A DNA stretch of 63,878 nt, counting the filler, from Octopus bimaculoides (Eukaryota), in the NCBI RefSeq assembly GCF_001194135.2. It is 7 parts of 6 records of this genome, joined end to end, with 100 filler letters (N's around TTAATTAATTAA, not from the genome) between each part and the next. Parts side by side here need not be neighbours in the genome. Positions count along the whole stretch, not along the records: positions 56,864 to 62,517 come from NW_026312738.1; positions 62,618 to 63,878 come from NC_068984.1; 5 more parts are not named here. One strand, given 5' to 3'. The translations under genes and the position numbers were made by a program. How positions within the stretch are numbered: position 1 is the first letter of the stretch; the number at the start of each line of letters is the position of its first letter. The notes beneath the pieces are model-generated. The model saw only the letters and a program-made list of their open reading frames with translations, was not told where the DNA came from and searched no databases. This document shows positions 60,621 through 63,878 of this stretch, piece by piece.

Positions 60621-62113
60621 TTTTTCATTTCACATTTCATCGCATCAGTAGACACACCTGGTGTTATTGTGATGATATGAGCATTACACACGGCATTAAA
60701 GACGATAGCGTGATGATGATGATGACAATCATGAGAACGATGACAGCGGAGCACGGAGATTACGTCATGAGGTGAGGCTGCCAGCCAGAGATTTTTATTG
60801 GTTTATGAAGCAGGGCCATTGCTAACCTTGTGTCAAAATTTTGAAAAAAGTCATTATTATTGTTATTATTATTACTATTATTGTTGTTGTTAATTGTTAT
60901 TATTATTATTATCATCATCATCATTATTATTCGTGTTGTTGTTATTATATANNNNNNNNNNNNNNNNNNNNNNNNNNNNNNNNNNNNNNNNNNNNNNNNN
61001 NNNNNNNNNNNNNNNNNNNNNNNNNNNNNNNNNNNNNNNNNNNNNNNNNNNNNNNNNNNNNNNNNNNNNNNNNNNNNNNNNNNNNNNNNNNNNNNNNNNN
61101 NNNNNNNNNNNNNNNNNNNNNNNNNNNNNNNNNNNNNNNNNNNNNNNNNNNNNNNNNNNNNNNNNNNNNNNNNNNNNNNNNNNNNNNNNNNNNNNNNNNN
61201 NNNNNNNNNNNNNNNNNNNNNNNNNNNNNNNNNNNNNNNNNNNNNNNNNNNNNNNNNNNNNNNNNNNNNNNNNNNNNNNNNNNNNNNNNNNNNNNNNNNN
61301 NNNNNNNNNNNNNNNNNNNNNNNNNNNNNNNNNNNNNNNNNNNNNNNNNNNNNNNNNNNNNNNNNNNNNNNNNNNNNNNNNNNNNNNNNNNNNNNNNNNN
61401 NNNNNNNNNNNNNNNNNNNNNNNNNNNNNNNNNNNNNNNNNNNNNNNNNNNNNNNNNNNNNNNNNNNNNNNNNNNNNNNNNNNNNNNNNNNNNNNNNNNN
61501 NNNNNNNNNNNNNNNNNNNNNNNNNNNNNNNNNNNNNNNNNNNNNNNNNNNNNNNNNNNNNNNNNNNNNNNNNNNNNNNNNNNNNNNNNNNNNNNNNNNN
61601 NNNNNNNNNNNNNNNNNNNNNNNAAATGAGTATATGCATATATACGTACAGGTATGTGCATACCGACATCCACCTGTATGTATAGGTGCATATCTGGGTA
61701 CAGGACATTGCACACAAACGTAGACGAGAACACACGAGCCACATAGAGAACATTCTACTTCTTCAGCTACCCACGTTTTAACACCGGCGTTTCGACGAGC
61801 TTCGAGTTTAAAGGAATGCCCTATCCTGGAGGTTACCGTTTTCCCTCCTAAATCTGTTTAAGATGCCCGCTAACCGTAATGGTCCCAATGTGATACCTGT
61901 GTTAACAACTAGTTGCTGGTCTCTGGTACCTGTTCTCGCACGGTAAATCCGAGTGCCCTATCCAGGACTGCATAGTTACCGCAGAGTAAGTAATTTTATT
62001 CATAATGACGAGGTGAACAAAGATTTTTCACATCCATAATTGTCGTAAATAACTGTTTAATGAAATTATAGATGTGAAAACCTACTGTTCTCCTTGTTAT
62101 TATTACCAAACTC

Positions 62114-62149
<36 letters not shown>

Positions 62150-62151
<2 letters not shown>

Positions 62152-62300
62152 TTCGGTCAAAGAGACTGACAGAATAAGTACTAGGCTTCAAGAAAAAAAA
62201 TAAGCCCTAGGGTCTATTCACTCGACCAAAACCCATTCAAAGTGATGCTCCGGCATGGTCGCAGCCAAATAACTGTGACAAGTAAAAGATAGAAGATAAA
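62150..62300 (+). mobile_element. SINE family B 3' half
   Basis: GAATAAGTACTAGGCTT...GTGATGCTCCGGCATGGTCGCAGCC. Confidence 0.75.
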
Positions 62301-62478
62301 AGACGTATTGACTTTTTTGCTTGCTTGTATAATGAAGAGGAGAATGCTAAGCTCCATGTGATTTTTGATATGATGCGTGAGTTTATTTGCATGCATAAGG
62401 AAGTAAAGTACGTGTGTGTGTGTGTGTGTGCTTGTGTGTGTGACCGTGTGTGCGGACGGGCAGGCGTGTGCATGTGCA

Positions 62479-62517
<39 letters not shown>

Positions 62518-62944
62518 NNNNNNNNNNNNNNNNNNNNNNNNNNNNNNNNNNNNNNNNNNNNTTAATTAATTAANNNNNNNNNNNNNNNNNNNNNNNNNNN
62601 NNNNNNNNNNNNNNNNNCAAGGAAAAACTAAGCTAAGAGCACTAGATTCCTTGGAAGAAAGCAGCGAATGTGTACGAAAACAAGGACGGAAAAAAACACA
62701 GAGAAATGGTACACAAATACAAATAACAGGACATAACAACAGGTGTCTTTCGACTAAGGACGAATTAAATTAAACTGACATGTGTGGAATTGAGGCCTTA
62801 CGACAGGCACATAAAAGATGACAGGCATAGGGGGGAATACAGATGTTGCACGGATGGTAGTCGAACGAAGAAAGAAAGGTCAGGCTTGGCCGAACACCAG
62901 TCACTTGGAGAGAGGCAGAGGGATAGAATTAGGGAATACATATA

Positions 62945-63266
62945 TAATGGGTAAAGTCCCCCTTTGGTCATGAATGACCATGGGATGCACCTAGAAAGTT
63001 CCCCTCCAAGGCATAGGTCTGGACATGGTTGTTTATGGAAGACCAGCAGTTGCCCGTGTTTACCAGTCTTCCCACTCCATGCCACTGATGTTATCCAAAA
63101 GGCAAAGGCCAATACAGCTTGGTCCCAGTGACATCACAAGTCATGTGAAAGGGAACAAAGTGAAATAGTCTTACTCAAGAACACGCACAAATCCTGGCCC
63201 GGGAATTGAACTCACTACCTCATGATTGTGAGCCCAATGCTCTAACCACTGAGCTATGCGCCTTCA
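62945..63266 (-). mobile_element. tRNA-derived SINE (family D-like head, different body)
   Basis: Minus head GGCGCATAGCTCAGTGGTTAGAGCATTGGGCTCACAATCATGAGGTAGTGAGTTCAATTCCCGGGCC, then GTGTTCTTGAGTAAGAC and a ~200-bp body. Confidence 0.75.
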
Positions 63267-63274
63267 TGCACACA

Positions 63275-63430
63275 CAGTTTGCTTCTATGTAATTTTGTCT
63301 ACCAAATTCACTCGTAAGGCATTGGTTAACCCGTGGCTATAGTAGAAGACAATTGTCCTAAGTACTGTGCCCTAGGACTGAACCTGAAACCACATGGTTG
63401 CAAAATGCGCTTCTTAACCATACAGCCACC
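63275..63430 (-). mobile_element. SINE family B 5' half
   Basis: GTCTACCAAATTCACTC...GCTATAGTAGAAGACA...GGACTGAACCTGAAACCACATGGTTG...CTTAACCATACAGCCAC. Confidence 0.8.
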
Positions 63431-63878
63431 TCTGAATCTATTCTCAACTGTGTGAAGTATTTCTAATGAATCGGTGCAGAGTAATCATGTGATCAAATCT
63501 TATCATTGGATTACTATTTTCTTTTCTTTTTTTTTATCTTCTTTTAATATTTGAACCTTGACCTGGTTTCTTATGACTATTCAGAGTAAAAGTGGGTCAT
63601 CTTATTTTCGTCGTCATCATCATCATCATCCAGTGTTTTAAATCCGGATTTTTGTCCCCGTTCATGGGAGTGGCTGGATCTACCTCAATGCCATAGCAAC
63701 CAAGGTAGGCAGGTGTAGCTCACCCCAACCTTTAGGTTGGCTAGTGCCCATTCTCCTTTACTATCGTGAGGCTTTTTTGGAGCTGGTGGTTTTTTGGAAG
63801 ACAATAATTTTTTTTTTTTTTAATTAAAAAAACATTTTTGTTTTTTGAAATCTTAAAATAAAAATCTGATTCTATGGA

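Noticed and set aside
61755-61800. Family Y copies (also 9670-9715) show GAAA about 24 nt upstream of CUGANGA on the minus strand, the order of a type II hammerhead
   Set aside because: Stems I-III could not be formed convincingly in either copy.
62945-63266. tRNA-like sequences here and at SINE heads elsewhere
   Set aside because: They lack a complete cloverleaf and continue into repeat bodies, so they are SINE heads rather than tRNA genes.

Overview
This is eukaryotic, repeat-saturated, AT-rich genomic DNA from a draft assembly. About 9 kb (~14%) is N, including six 100-bp spacers built around an artificial TTAATTAATTAA linker. The repeat content (three abundant tRNA-derived SINE families, RTE LINE remnants, dense (CA)n/(TA)n/(ATT)n microsatellites) looks like an octopod cephalopod genome; this is inference from pattern recognition, not a database result. 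I found no convincing intact protein-coding gene. Nearly all listed ORFs are microsatellite or N-run artefacts, and the only protein-like translations are decayed transposon ORFs: RTE reverse transcriptases, a Penelope-like RT, an R2/R4-type zinc knuckle and Tc1/mariner transposases. The window also holds a hAT MITE with perfect TSDs, a mariner MITE, several fold-back elements and two minisatellites. A CpG-rich unique island at about 45.6-46.9 kb may be a promoter/first exon of a minus-strand gene. The most interesting signal is a set of hammerhead-ribozyme-like motifs in several different repeat families. One is near-canonical (24376-24422), one abuts a Penelope RT fragment, two share a non-canonical CCGAUGA core, and two sit in a tandem ~180-220-bp dimer resembling a retrozyme. 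Repeat boundaries are approximate (+/- 10-30 bp) unless TIRs or TSDs are quoted.
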